NCBI GenBank assembly: GCA_951406725.2
Contig: OX597821.1
Coordinates: 30,194,001 to 30,258,000 of the forward strand
Source of the DNA: Octopus vulgaris
Lineage: Eukaryota
Length of the DNA stretch: 64,000 nucleotides
Direction of reading: 5' to 3'
Part shown: piece by piece, positions 39,268 through 53,722 of the stretch
Layout: every line of letters begins with the position of its first letter
Position numbering within the stretch: the stretch's first letter is position 1
Program-made: the position numbers and the translations under genes
Notes under the pieces: generated by a model
What the model saw: the letters and a program-made list of their open reading frames with translations, nothing else
Told to the model about the DNA's origin: nothing
The model's database searches: none

Positions 39268-39872
39268 ATGTTGGTAGTATTTGAAAGTGAACTTTGTTGT
39301 TTGTTTGAAATGAAGACCACAAGTAAACTTTCAATATCGGCGCGCTTCACTGTTAGTGGGGGAAAGTAAGAGAGACACATACGTACGTTGCTGCACACCT
39401 GAAGCCTATCTTTGTCCCTATGTGTCTGCCTCTGTCTTTAGATGTGTGTGTGTGTGTGTGTGTGTGTGCGTGCATGTGTGTGTCAGTCGTCACAAAAATT
39501 TACGCACAGTGATAAACACACACACCGTCTCATACATATACTTGTCAGTCGCCGGCATAACAGTGGTAACGAACGTGCGAACGCACTCATATAGAAAATG
39601 TGAGTCATCGACCTTGTGGTGGTGAAATAAAATGTCGTTTATGATAAGTAGCTGAAACAAAAATGATAATGTTACATTTTTGTAAAGCAAATATGTGAAT
39701 GGAAATATGGTTTTAGTTGGTAGACAAAAGCTGACTGAAATCAGCACCTCGGTTTTGGAATGCACAAGAAACATACGCGCGCACACACACAAACTCTCTT
39801 ATAAAGAAATATATATATATATATATATACATATGTATATAAATATATATACATACGTGTATGGACATATTC

Positions 39873-39931
<59 letters not shown>

Positions 39932-39997
39932 CATAGATAGATATGTGTACAAATATATATATATAAATTAATATATATATATATATACACATACATA

Positions 39998-40039
<42 letters not shown>

Positions 40040-40150
40040 CATAAGTATATCTATATACGTACGTATATATAGATACATACATATGTATGTAGATATGTAT
40101 ATATAACAAATGAAAGATAGAATATACGAATATACGAGAATTTATTATTA

Positions 40151-40256
40151 ATCACGACAATTGTTTCGACACATCTAGCATCGATTCCTCTTGGGTGGGA
40201 CACTCAGCAACTGGTTCAAGAGCATCCGGTGGTGCAGATGTAACTCGTCGAGTGAT
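40151..40256 (-). ncRNA. Candidate type I hammerhead with extended stem II and degenerate UCGACGA core
   Basis: Minus strand: aucac-UCGACGA-[77-nt hairpin: acaucu/agaugu, gca/ugc, cucuug/caagag]-GAAA-caauug-UC^-gugau. Confidence 0.6.
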
Positions 40257-40417
40257 AAATAAATAAATACAATTTATTAAAATGACTGTTCCACTATGTA
40301 ACTTTCCGTTTTGTAGAGAGAAAAGCATCCATATGGAGGAAATATCTTCATTTATATGCAGATGACAAAAAAGAGAAAAGAACACGTAATCCAGCGAGAA
40401 CAGCATATATATTCATG

Positions 40418-40497
<80 letters not shown>

Positions 40498-40784
40498 TAT
40501 ATATATACACATACATACATGCCTACACACACACAAACACACAAGCGCGCACACACACATATACATATAAATACTTGTGTACATGACTAGTAATATAATA
40601 TTCTGTACTGCTATGGTAGAGCATTGTTTGTAACCTAGGAACTAAACTTTTGTCCATTCTTGATCGATTCTAAAGCATAATACCAGAAAAAAACATATAC
40701 ATTAAAACAAACTTAGATGCAAATATAGACACACACACATATATATAAATATATACAATCATACATATATAAATACATACTTAC

Positions 40785-40864
<80 letters not shown>

Positions 40865-41073
40865 GTCTGTCTGTCTCTCTCTGTGTCTCTCTCTCTGTCT
40901 CTCTCTTTCTCTCTGTCTCTCTCTCTCTATATATATATACAAACATACATACATGCATACATGTACACATGCACTCATAAATAGATGTATTCATGCACAC
41001 ATACCTATATGGATACCTGTACACACATACACACGCACACTCACACACACGTGTGTGTGTGAAAGTGTATATT

Positions 41074-41105
<32 letters not shown>

Positions 41106-41599
41106 TACATACATGCACATATATCTCCATCTGTGTGTATGTCTCCCACTCCCGTTCACTTTATCTCTATATGTATATATATCTACCCATGTAATAACAA
41201 CAAAATATTGTGTATACCTTTGAGTCATTGTTCCACACTCAAAAAACCTTAGATTTGTGTTACCAGCGTCTCCCTCTGCTACTTAAACAGTAGTCAGACG
41301 TGTGAGATCAAATATGTCTCCTTTTGCTACTTAAATAGTAGTCCTACGTGTGAGATCAAATGCTATAAATCAATGTTTTCAGTACGTGTTATGGTCACCT
41401 GCCCGAAGTATACCTTTTTGTTGATATTATTTGGTTGAGGAATAAAAAAAAAATCGCTTAAAATAAGGACAGCTAATTCCAAGCCATTTTAAAGTCTGAT
41501 ACTGAAAGTGAGACACTTTATTGCGACGAAAAGTCAAGATTCTCTCGCAAGAGATTATATAAATGAAAAAGGTGAAGAAACAAAATTGGAAATACTAAA

Positions 41600-41809
<210 letters not shown>

Positions 41810-42879
41810 TTCCACAAAATTTAGATTCAGATGAATATGGTACTTAAGTTAATTAAAACAGACAATGCACATTCTTATACATATTTCATTTGCCAACATT
41901 ACAAAGAGGGTAGATATATAGACAGAGAGGTTAATTTCATCATTAAGAACATAGTGGTGGTATGGTCTAGCATACCACCACCGTGTTCTTTCATGATGAA
42001 GTAACATGAAACAATTGTACTACACTACCTTGGATATCCTAGTTGCTCTTTTGGAACATATATATACATATATATATATATATGCATGTATGCATGTATG
42101 CATGTATGTGTGTATGCTTGTGTGTTTGTTCCTTAGTTTGTATGTGTGTGTTTGCGTGTGTCTGTGTATCTGTGTGTATGTGTGGTCGTGTTTGACAGAA
42201 AGAGAGAGAAAGAGAGAGAGAGAGAGCGAGAGAAATGAGAGAGTATATCAAGACCATGAGCATATATGCCGATCAAAAGCTTAATGGAATTTAGCAGCTC
42301 AGCACATTTCCTTTACGACGTTATCAAATATCATGACAGAAGCAGGTGAGTGGGGACCAGTATTTTTTCTGGAAGTATAGCACTCTTTGCTGAAACGGTG
42401 TGAATCTGCCAAAATAAACACGGGAGAAGGTCACTACGATAATCAAAAATCTGTAATTACTCACTGATGTATACAATGCGTGCCCTTGCTTCAGTAAAAC
42501 AAAAATTTTCTGATCTAGCTTCCATTGTATGCACAATATTTGTACATATGATTCAGATTGCAGAACGTTACTTTCTTTTGATCTAAAATAGTGGTCGGTG
42601 TATGAACTACCAATAGATGCTTCACTCGCGGTAATTCTACTCTTATTTTGAAAATATTTGCCACATTTTCTATCCACCAACGCTTAATAAAGACGTGTAC
42701 AGTGAATTCATACTTGTTAAACTCGTATCAAGATATTATGCATTTCTATACAAGTATCTGACTAATTGAATGCCTGCATTGATACTACATCCCCGAATTA
42801 CACTGAATCGCAAAAGAAACATGATTTTTGTCAAATGTCATTTTTTATATACTTTCTTTTACTTTCTTTGTTTTGTTTT

Positions 42880-43035
42880 TTATTTGTTTCAGTCATTTGA
42901 CTGCGACCATGCTGGAGCACCGCCTTTAGTCGAGAAAATCGACACCAGGACTTATTCTCTCAGTCTTTCTTGCCGAACCACTAAGTTACGGGGACGTAAA
43001 TACACCACCATCGGTTGTCAAGTGATGTTGGGGGG

Positions 43036-43100
<65 letters not shown>

Positions 43101-43258
43101 GACGGGCTTCTTTCAATTTCCCTCAACCAAATCCACTCACAAGGCTTTGGTCGGCCCGAGGCTATAGTAGAAGACACTTGTGCAAGGTGCCACTCAGTGG
43201 GACTGAACCCGTAACCATGTGGTTGGTAAGCAAGCTACTTACCACACAGCCACTCCTG
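42880..43258 (-). mobile_element. tRNA-derived SINE (third family) split by a (CA)n(TA)n array
   Basis: Head at 43200-43258, body ccactcacaaggctttggtcggcccgaggctatagtagaagacac, tail ggcggtgctccagcatggtcgcagtcaaatgactgaaac (minus strand). Confidence 0.85.
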
Positions 43259-43269
43259 GTAAATTCTGA

Positions 43270-44070
43270 AAATTTATTTTGGGGATGTAAGTGTATATAT
43301 TCCAAGACATGCTGGTTTACGGCTGTGACCCAATTTGCAAGTAACCTTTCAACTTTCCCTGAAACGAGAAGCCAAAATGCGGCTACGTTGAATGCCATGA
43401 GCGTTAGTTTCTTTTCAAAACCGTTCAACGTGAAGTGCTCAGTTCTCCCCTCCTGTACGTATTGGCTCTTGAGCCTTTGCTGCGGAGGCTGGAGGGACCG
43501 GGGGTATCCTGCGCGTTTTCGGTTATAGGAGGGTGGTCACGGCGTTTACGGATGACATCACCATCATCGTATCCCGGGTAAATCACCTACGGATTCTGGG
43601 TGAAGCCATCAAGGACGACGGGATGTGGCAGGAGCAAAAGTTAGCCGAGAAAGAGAATCAGCTTACAATTCGGCACCTGGAGAGGCAAGTCAATGCCTTC
43701 CAACAGCATCGTAGGGCATAATACGGAAAGGCCAGTAAAAATGCTAGGAGTTTGGTTTGAACCAAACCCCCAGATAGAGAAGAATTGGGGCGAGGAGGCT
43801 AGCAAGGTGACTTACCTAATTCAGACCTGGTCTGAGCGGTGGTTATCCTTGAAAGAGAAGGCGAAGGTGGCAGAGCTATTTATCGCTTCTGTGATTACCT
43901 ACCGCCTAACCGTCGCGCCTTGTCCCGTTCATTGGCTGAACATGCTGGAACGGCTCTTTCTCCGCTTTTTGTGGAAGGGTAAAGGTCGGCTTGTGAAACG
44001 TTCTGTCTGCTGCCAACACCCTCTAAAGGGTTGGCTAAGGATGCCTTGGATATCGATGTGCAAATTACCG
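43270..44070 (+). mobile_element. Tx1/L1-clade LINE RT fragment, frameshifted
   Basis: AFTDDITIIV, PVKMLGVWF, WSERWLSLK, YRLTV.PCP, RFLWKGK..LVKR....P.KG.L.MP motifs. Confidence 0.85.
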
Positions 44071-44142
44071 CTCCATCGGAAGGATCGATCCTTGGCGTTT
44101 TACTCAGAGAAATTCGACATCTTCCTGGATATCATATCCCCT

Positions 44143-44189
<47 letters not shown>

Positions 44190-44278
44190 GTATATGTATA
44201 TGTCTATATTTATCTACATCTATCTAACTATATGTATAGATATATAATTGCCAACCTAATATATATATATATATATAT

Positions 44279-44760
44279 ATTAGGTTGGCTATTAAGTTCC
44301 CTCGTCTGTAAATAAATAACTTCTTATATAATTTTTTGTTGTTATGTTATATATCAAGGATTCTGGAAGGGGGATGGCTACCTTCATGGAAGAAAGAAAA
44401 GATGGTTCTACTAAAATTGTGGTTTTCTGTGCGTACTAGTTGTCAAATAGGCAGAAACGTCTGTACATTTTGGGATGCTATTACAATTTTTCTGCTGAAA
44501 ATAGCTAAATTTGTTGAAATGCACCTCTTGGATAAAGATTATAATGAATGACCTGCCAATGGGGAGGAACAGCATTCCAAGACATGGCAACAGGAGAAAG
44601 TCATGCCAAAGATTGTACGTACGAGGTCGGATCAATAAGTATCCGGACTGTTGCCATAGTAACGAAGCTAAAGCATGCAAAGTGAAGCTGCTTCACAAAG
44701 ATTGACTTGAACTCTGCTGTGTATGTGCACTAAGTTTTAACGTTCTAGCTCTCTTCTGCT
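44279..44760. mobile_element. Mariner-like remnants (two TIR-like ends)
   Basis: attaggttggctattaagttccc at 44279 and tacgaggtcggatcaataagt at 44620 resemble mariner TIR starts preceded by TA. Confidence 0.45.
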
Positions 44761-45127
44761 GTGTGTAGCGCGTGATCATCGCTATATATGTACTATAGTT
44801 TTCGGTGTATGACCCATGGTGTCTCTCTGCTAAACGGGCATAAATGGGTTTTAAATTGGTTAATGTAGGATGCTTGATATATTTTCGGACTGTTTTTGTT
44901 TTTCATTTGTTTATCATATTAATTTATGTATAGCTAGGAGGTGTGAGTGGATTAAGTTGTGGTTTTGGGGGTTGCGGGCCTATGAGCAGCGTGGTTCATA
45001 ATCTGGAAATACGGTACACGAATGTATGTCATTTTTTACCAAGTTAATTACCCTTCACTTTATAGGGGACTGCGAATCATCGAAAAAACTGTAATTGGCA
45101 ATTGCTGGTTGACTAATGTCACTATGT

Positions 45128-45166
<39 letters not shown>

Positions 45167-45851
45167 TGGATGGTTAGTTGGCAGGCACTCAATGCAACAT
45201 CTGTGTTGGCCTCTTGTAAAGTTCAAGGACACCGAAAGAAAATATTTGTTTCGAAAATATATGGAAAATACATATGACCTGTGCAGCGCCTGCTTCGTCA
45301 CCTACGGAAACTAATGATGCCAAGGCGTATTGTCATTGCCATTCCTATAATTATTGCCACTATTATCACTACCATTATCGTTATCAGCATTAAAGAAAAA
45401 TTCATGTTGACATACGTGATATTACGCACGTGCCATTTCTATCATTAATTCCATGTGATAATCAAAACTAAGGTGTAAAACAAATATTGACATTACCAGA
45501 CATTTGTTTAAGATCATTTCTGCCAGGCTTCTGGTCAATTTTAGTTTCGTTTTGGCTATATGATGCTATTAATATTACATATTTTGAGCTACGGTTGTTG
45601 GCGTCCATCTTTCTATTCAACCTGGGACTAGGTTTTCCTCATCTATGCCTAAGTGGCTAATAAAAAAAATGTCATCATCATCATCATCAATGGATATCCT
45701 TGTTGCTTATTTTGATTATAATCACCCCATTTGATTTATATGGATAATACCATACCAAACTCTGGTGCCTTTAACTTAAGTACCATATTCATCTGAATCT
45801 AAATTTTGCTGAACTTATATATGTATATATATGTATACACACACACACACA

Positions 45852-45907
<56 letters not shown>

Positions 45908-46358
45908 GTATGTATGTATATATTATTTAATGGAATAGGGCGCATCCATTTCCAAGTAAATATATATCTATATATATAAGCACCATATGTGAATGTATAA
46001 CGGAGTAGTCATAAATACACATGTACATAAGCATAAATGTAATATTTATTCCCACTTAAACGTGGATGCCCTGTTAGAAGAATCTTTACTATCGTAGATA
46101 CCATGAGAAAAAGCCTCATAAAAGTCTACACGTAAAAATATATTGCGCGTTCATATATAAATATAAGCTATAAGACACACACACACATATGTATATAGAG
46201 ATTCCTGTTGTTATTGGTAGGATCAACATAGAAAGTATTCCATCCAGTGACAGACGAATATCATTTAATATATATAGCAACTTAAATACGAGCTGTTATT
46301 AGTTTTATGCTGTGAATACAACGTATACTGGTAAAATTATATTTCATCTGTTGACTGT

Positions 46359-46395
<37 letters not shown>

Positions 46396-46401
<6 letters not shown>

Positions 46402-46774
46402 TACAATTGAGGATATAATCTTTATAAGAAATTATCAGTAGTTAGCATGAAAAACCTCGTAAGAGAAAAAATCCGTAAATTTTTCCACTTTGAAAATATT
46501 TATTTATATTATATTGAGGGTACTACTATTCGTAGATACCACACGCTAAGAGGGACCAAAACTACTAAAATAGACAAAATTTTACCGAATGCAAAACTTC
46601 AAAGCAAATCATTTAAAAAAAGGATTTAGTTACATATCACCTGTGATTTCGCAATTAATGCAGAACATGCATTATATGTTCATCAGTGCAACAAACTCAA
46701 GATATATAAGAAAAAAACATAACGTTACAAACTCGATAGCCAACCGTAGAAATCTACGAATAGTAGTACCCTCA

Positions 46775-46783
<9 letters not shown>
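46396..46783 (-). mobile_element. TA-inserted short element with a 32-bp inverted repeat enclosing a hammerhead
   Basis: atattatattgagggtactactattcgtagat (46506-46537) and its exact reverse complement (46752-46783). TA arrays on both sides. Confidence 0.75.
46629..46692 (-). ncRNA. Type I hammerhead ribozyme, CUGAUGA core, AUA triplet
   Basis: Minus strand: guugca-CUGAUGA-acaua uaaugca uguuc ugcauua auugc-GAAA-ucac ag guga-UA^-uguaac. The first stem II pair is an A-C mismatch. Confidence 0.75.
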
Positions 46784-46839
<56 letters not shown>

Positions 46840-47066
46840 TCGATATGTATACAGATCCTCAATATAGAGAACACAGTAGTGCTGAAATGATTTGAACTTC
46901 CATTCCGGAGTGTTTATCCCGGGCTGAGCCCACGGGTAAAGAGTGTCTACATGAAATCCAGTTGAACTGATTTGGAAATAAGAATGCAGATAAGCATGTT
47001 TAGTGTGACATATATAAATGTACTTATATGTATGTATGTATGCATGTATGCATATGTAAATACATT

Positions 47067-47145
<79 letters not shown>

Positions 47146-47164
47146 ACATACATATATATATATA

Positions 47165-47472
47165 GTGACCCCCTTCGGTCAGACACTGACCATGGGTTTG
47201 CACCTAGAGAGTTACTCTCTGAGGCACAAGTCTGGGCAAGGTTGTTTCATGGAAGACCAGCAGTCGCCCATGCATACCGGCCTCCCTCTCCACGTCACCG
47301 ATGTTGTCCAAGGGAAAGGCAAGGGCCGATACAGCTTGGCACCTGTGACGTCGCAACTCATTTCTACAGCTGAGTGAACTGGAGCAACGTGAAATAAAGT
47401 GTCTTGCTCAAGAACACAACACGTAGCCCAGTCCGGGATTCGAGCTCACAACCTCACGATCGTAAGCTCGAC
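47165..47472 (-). mobile_element. tRNA-derived SINE (same family as 16590-16923)
   Basis: Collinear match. B-box-like gggattcgagctc on the plus strand. Confidence 0.85.
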
Positions 47473-47577
47473 ATAAATACATATATACATATATATATAT
47501 ACATATAAATACATATATACATATATATATACATATATATATACATACATTCATATATATAAATATATATATATATA

Positions 47578-47624
<47 letters not shown>

Positions 47625-48504
47625 AAATAAGGATTCGAATATAATCAACTACTTGAAAAGATATACACCAGTTAGGGTTCGATAAACCTGTTGTTCCGGC
47701 CGATGGTTGGTAAGTATCAAATAAGATATTCCGGTTGTGTACTGAGATAAAACCAACCTTATGAGCATTTAGTCCCTATGGGGTTGGTTTAAAGTACGCG
47801 TTACGTTGAATTGTATGTTGTTGGCGTCCGTCAAGGCGTAATCCCCTTGGTGTATTATAATCAAATGATTAATAACATGCGATGGATAATTATCAGCTCA
47901 AATACAACAGTTTCTTATGCATCTTTTTGGATAGAAGCATGCGAACACCGTTACAAAATTCTTAATCCTCAGATGAAACGTAATTTTACAAACAAAAGAA
48001 TATCCCATGAATAGAACAACGACGTGGCTGAAGTCTGTCGAGGCCAACTTTGAAATGAGAGAATGAGAAACAAAGTTGACCGTTCAGGTTATAAAATATA
48101 GTTTCTGAAAGTGTAATATGATAGCTAAGGACAGCGACTCCTATCTCACCCGAGTCACTGTAACATTACCGTAGTACCAGTTCCCTTCGTGAGGTACTGC
48201 AAGAAATTAAGCGTTGATATCATGGTGCAAGAATGTTATGGGTAGACAAACGTTGTACAAAACCTCGACAGGTAACAGAATATAGAATTTTGCACAAAGA
48301 CACTGATAAAAATATCGACGAATAACGGGTAATAGAATATATATACTTTTACCGAAAAAATGGCTATGAACATCGAAGCCCCATCTCCAATGCATGAAAC
48401 CATTAGTATCTCGTAACTTTATACTGTGTACATTAAATGATATTTATTACTCACTGGGTGTAACACCTTTAATTGAGATTACTCTAACAGAGAATTAATA
48501 TATG

Positions 48505-48674
<170 letters not shown>

Positions 48675-48682
48675 TGTACACA

Positions 48683-48843
48683 TTCTTTATTTTCTCTCCT
48701 TTTTTCTTTCTGTGTTCCTTTCTATGGAAGAACGTAGGCTCGAAACGTTAAAAACTTTTTCACTTCCCGAGCGTTATACTAATATATCTGTTTGTTGCCT
48801 ACACTACCTCTCTGCATTTTTTGTTTTTTTTGGTGAATTCTCC
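48683..48843 (+). mobile_element. Short dispersed repeat (copy of 37089-37252)
   Basis: See 37089-37252. Confidence 0.7.
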
Positions 48844-49393
48844 ATACACATATATATATATATGTATGTATGCTTGTATGCATATATGTATTTTGTTTCA
48901 CAGCCATAATATATTTAGGATGTATGTGTGTATAAATGCACGTATGCATGCATACGTATACCAGAATACATGCATATTTTCCTATGTATCCGATGTAAAT
49001 CACCATATGTGTCATTATTCATTTTTAATGTCATTTGATGGAATTTATTTTCCTGTTATTCCACTTTTGCGTCTAAAACTCTCGATCATTTCCATCACAT
49101 ATTTTTCTCATTTTTACTTAATAAATATTATTTTTTCCTGATAATACATTTTAAAATGATTTTTATAGAATTTTCACCGCCAAGAATATATATGAAACTC
49201 TGCAAGTCCTACTAAAATATGGTGGTTCGCTTTCTAACATTTTATTACCATTTTCTCCCCTTACCGAAAATGCTGATTATTTTCATAGATTTTTATCAGC
49301 ATATTTGGATTAGTTTCTGATCTTTATGTTTCGTCCATTTTATATTTTCTTATATACATACATAGATACATAGATACATACATACATACATAT

Positions 49394-49443
<50 letters not shown>

Positions 49444-49478
49444 TTATATATATATATATACATACATACATACATACA

Positions 49479-49561
<83 letters not shown>

Positions 49562-49699
49562 GTATGTGTGTATGAATTAGCATAGCATTACTTCCTTTCT
49601 GTCGTTCAGATTTTCATAATTCCATTTAGAATATCATATTATTTCCAAAACACATCTTACCATTAATGTTTTCCATGTACTTTTTCCAGGCAAGCTATT

Positions 49700-50095
49700 T
49701 TATTGCTTTGTTTATGGTGATTTTAATGTCAATATCTTTAGTTATTATTTCGACTGCTGTATATATTCGCTGTTTTATATGTGATACGCCTGATATAATT
49801 CGTTTTTCTTTCGTCTAGATATACATACTTTAGTGCCTCATTAAATTCGCTTCGATAATATTGTTTATTATTTCCACCGCCTCCAAGATGTTAAATAATG
49901 TCGAACTTATCTATTGCATATCTTCGAAATAAATTTATATTTATTTTGATGTTTTCTAAAGTTTTGCCTTTATTATTGTCTCTTGTACATTTTCTTCCTG
50001 TTGGGCAGAGACATTTGACAACATATAAAAAGGAATTTTTGGATTTTTGCTTACTGAAGCACATTTGAAACAAAAATCGTTCCATTACGGAAGCA
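49700..50095. repeat. Dispersed ~350-400-bp repeat, copies at ~51545-51950 and ~53765-53985, possibly a non-autonomous Helitron
   Basis: Shared atatgtgata(c/g)gc(c/a)tgatataattcg.ttttctt.cgt.taga.atac....tttagtgc. The third copy interrupts a LINE. Confidence 0.6.
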
Positions 50096-50230
50096 TGCAT
50101 GGTGATGTGGTTACGTGTTCGCTGTGCAATGGCATGGTTCACGATACAACATCACTTTCTGAAGCTTTCTTCTAACCTAAAAATGGAAATTGTACAAGTA
50201 TCTCTCCTATGCACAAACATTCATTCCAAA

Positions 50231-50274
<44 letters not shown>

Positions 50275-50933
50275 GCACCCACATCTCCACACCCACCCAC
50301 ACACACACACATACATACATATATATATATGCACGCATACACACACACTCATAAGTGCAGGTGTATATGTTTTTCTATGTAAGTGTCAGTATATGTTAAT
50401 GTATGTATTGCTTGCGTGTCTGTATTTACAATCATCTGGTAATAAACTCATAGCATGCATGTCAAAGCTCCTATATTTTATTGGCTACCATATGTCAACA
50501 CACAGCAAGGTTACACTTTTACTCGATATAAACTGGGAAATTCGTTAGCATAACGAGAATTATATAAAAATTTGCTAACAAGATGGCATTAATTTTTATT
50601 TACCTTGACTAACTTTGGTCTATTTGTTTTCTAATTAATAGTTTTGACTTTTACCACTATCTATATGATACTCAGTATAAATGGAATGTTAAAACAAAAT
50701 ATAGTATAAAACAATGGGCAACTGGATGTGATCCATCAGTGCAGTCAAAGCGACTCACCTGATGATGTTCGGTTACAGAGCTGCTGCTGCTGGATCATAT
50801 TCCTTTATATGATATTTATGTTATAGTATTTTATGGAAAAAATCAAGAACTAACACCGGTTACCAATGCACAGAGACAATTGTTCTGATTATCAATTATG
50901 CCCTGAAATTTTATCTAGGTTTATTTTTTTGCC

Positions 50934-50983
<50 letters not shown>

Positions 50984-51093
50984 TTCTGTCTCTCTCTGTG
51001 TCTGTCTGTCTGTCTCTATATATATATTATGCATCAACACATGCACATTCACCCTCACCACACCTACACCTACACCCCCTATGATATATCTGT

Positions 51094-51135
<42 letters not shown>

Positions 51136-51145
51136 GAGACAAACA

Positions 51146-51217
<72 letters not shown>

Positions 51218-51219
51218 TA

Positions 51220-51378
51220 CGACGGGCTTCTTTCAGTTTCTGTCTACGAAATCCACTCACAAGGCATTGGTCGGCCCGAGGCTATATTAGAAGATACTTG
51301 CGCAAGGTGCCACGCAGGACTGAACCCAGAACCATATGATTGGTAAGCAAGCTACTTACCACACAGCCACTTCTGCAC
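51220..51378 (-). mobile_element. tRNA-derived SINE (third family), 5' half
   Basis: Collinear with 43100-43258. Confidence 0.85.
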
Positions 51379-51454
51379 CTATATATATGTTATATATGTG
51401 TGTACATATAACCTACATGAATATATATATATACGTATGTAATATGCATGCATA

Positions 51455-51497
<43 letters not shown>

Positions 51498-52299
51498 TGT
51501 GTGTTTATCTCTACAGATGTAGACCCCAAAAGTTCACCATCTTACGGGGACACATCCACATCCAAATAAATAAACCTGCTGAGTTTATGGTTATTTTAAT
51601 GTCAAATATCTTCAGTTATTTTTTTCAACTAATGTATATTCACCGTTGATATGTGATACGCCTGATATAATTCGTTTTTCTTCCGTCTAGATATACTTCC
51701 TTTAGTGCCTCATTAAATACGCTTCGATAATCGTCTTTACTATTACCGCCAGGGTTTTAAATAATGTCGAACTTATCAGTTTCATATCTTCGAAATTTAG
51801 TTTATATTTTCATGTTCTCTGATGTATTTTATTATTTTCTCTTGTATATTCTCTTCTTTTTGGGCAAAACCATTCGACGATGTATAAAGGAAGTTTAGGA
51901 TTTTTGTGTACTGTGGCAAATTTTGAAGTAAAATGTATTCCATTCTGAGAATATGAATTAGCTGAATGTTTTAGAATTTTCTCTATAGCAAGATAGTTTC
52001 CAATTCAATCACATATGAGTAGTGGTATACAAACTTAGTCTTGAGTTGCGTCATCCTTTGTGAATGAAACTGTATAAATATCTACCCTATAAACACACAT
52101 TCACTCCCACGTGTACATATATATCTATGTTACAGAAAATATGTTTTGCACCTATATTGACTACATTTCTTTTCACTTGAACGTCGTGTGTTTAAGTTTT
52201 ACTGTTTTCAATATTATCAGTTGTATGAGTGTCTATGTGTCTGTGAGTGTGTGTTTCTGCGTTCATTGCGTTTGATTAAAAATATATAGTAAAGGACCT

Positions 52300-53722
52300 T
52301 ATACACCGTTTTAATAAGCCCACATCTAAGGTAGTAGTCATCCTAGTGGTAGCTGATCCCCATGATCATCGTGATAATCTCATTCGTGCTCGAGATAACA
52401 AACTAAAACGTGTTCCTGATACTCTTCCCTCTTATAATGCGCTCCAGTATCCTCTTATCCAACGAAATGGACAAGAAGGGTATCATTTCAATATTCTACA
52501 GATTGAACCTGCAGTAGGAGAGCCAATTGCACACAAAAAGGTGTCGTCAAATGACTTCTATATTTACCATCTGACGTAAGACCAAAACAATGAAATCAAT
52601 TATTCACGTATCGTGATCTATTTCAGCAATAACTGGTTGATATGTTTGCTAAAGTTGAGAGTCAGCGACTCGTCTACATTCATAACGATAAAAAAAGCTA
52701 AGGTCTAAAAATTGTTTGTCTCTAAGATGCTCTCAGGACAGATTGTGATATTCAAAACATGGGGAAATTGGGCTACTTACAATCCCCCTATCATCATTCA
52801 CAAGTGGTCCTCGTTTTATGCATGACCGAACACAAGATGATATGACATATGTCAGGACATATGGAAAACCAGATCTTTTTGTTACTTTCCCCTGCAATCC
52901 TAAATGGGAGGAAATAAAATCTATCCTTCTTCCAGTGTTGCAACTTCTGGTATTGCATCTACCTCACTCAGTGGCGGAAGGACTGCTCATTTCATGAACA
53001 AGCTCTCTCTAAACTTTGCAATGAAATAATCTAAAATATGCAACATTTCCAAAAACTCTACAATGGCAACAGTTCTTCAACAAACATGCCTAATTGTTTG
53101 GGATGAGTGCACTGTCATATCGTGGAGCTCCAGAGGTAATTGACAGTAACCCCCAAGACACAAAAAATAATAACACACTCATGGGAGGAGTTCTTCTTGC
53201 AGGAGATTTTTGTAAAATGTTGCCAGTTATACCCAAAGGATCCAAAGCTGGCGAGGTCAATGCATGCTTTAAACAATTGTACCTTTGCAGACGGGAAAAA
53301 ACATGCAACATCAGAAACTTTCTACAAGGTGATCATACGAGCTTCTTAAGATTGGTAATGGGATATTAACATTCAGCATAAGACCTCAGCTACATGAAAT
53401 TACAAGCGGAGAAATGATATTTCCTCTTAGCGATCTTATGGATAAAATATTTCCTAATTTATCTCTCAATTAAACTGGCTATGTGAAACAGCTATACTAG
53501 CTCCAACTAATGAAATGGATTATGAACTCAGTGATGAAGTTTTTCAAAAGTTAACAGATACATCGGAGATTACTATTCGGTCAATTAACAACAGTCGATC
53601 AAGATCAGGTTGTTCAATACCCTGTTGAATTTCTGAGCATACTTAAACCCACTGGTATGCCACCGCATAACTTGACACTAGAACTGGGTGCTCCCATTAT
53701 GTTGCTATGGAATCTTGACCCA
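52300..53722 (+). pseudogene. Decayed, internally deleted Helitron Rep/PIF1-helicase
   Basis: SYNALQYPLI...GYH, FQQ*LVDMFAKVESQRL, GPRFMH...MTYVRTYGKPDLFVTFPCNPKWEEI (Helitron N region). ATSGIAST.LSGGRTAH, IVWDEC, LLAGDF.K.LPVIPKG, AILAPTN, YPVEFL....TGMPPHNL.L..GAPIMLL.NLDP (PIF1 motifs). Confidence 0.9.

Noticed and set aside
42290-42352. Plus-strand CAG|GTGAGT donor
   Set aside because: No convincing acceptor or reading frame upstream. A chance match is likely.
47622-48480. TA-flanked unique segment with hairpins (aaaccaacc/ggttggttt, caactttg/caaagttg), possible PLE remnant
   Set aside because: No recognisable RT/GIY-YIG motif or complete hammerhead could be read. Left unclassified.
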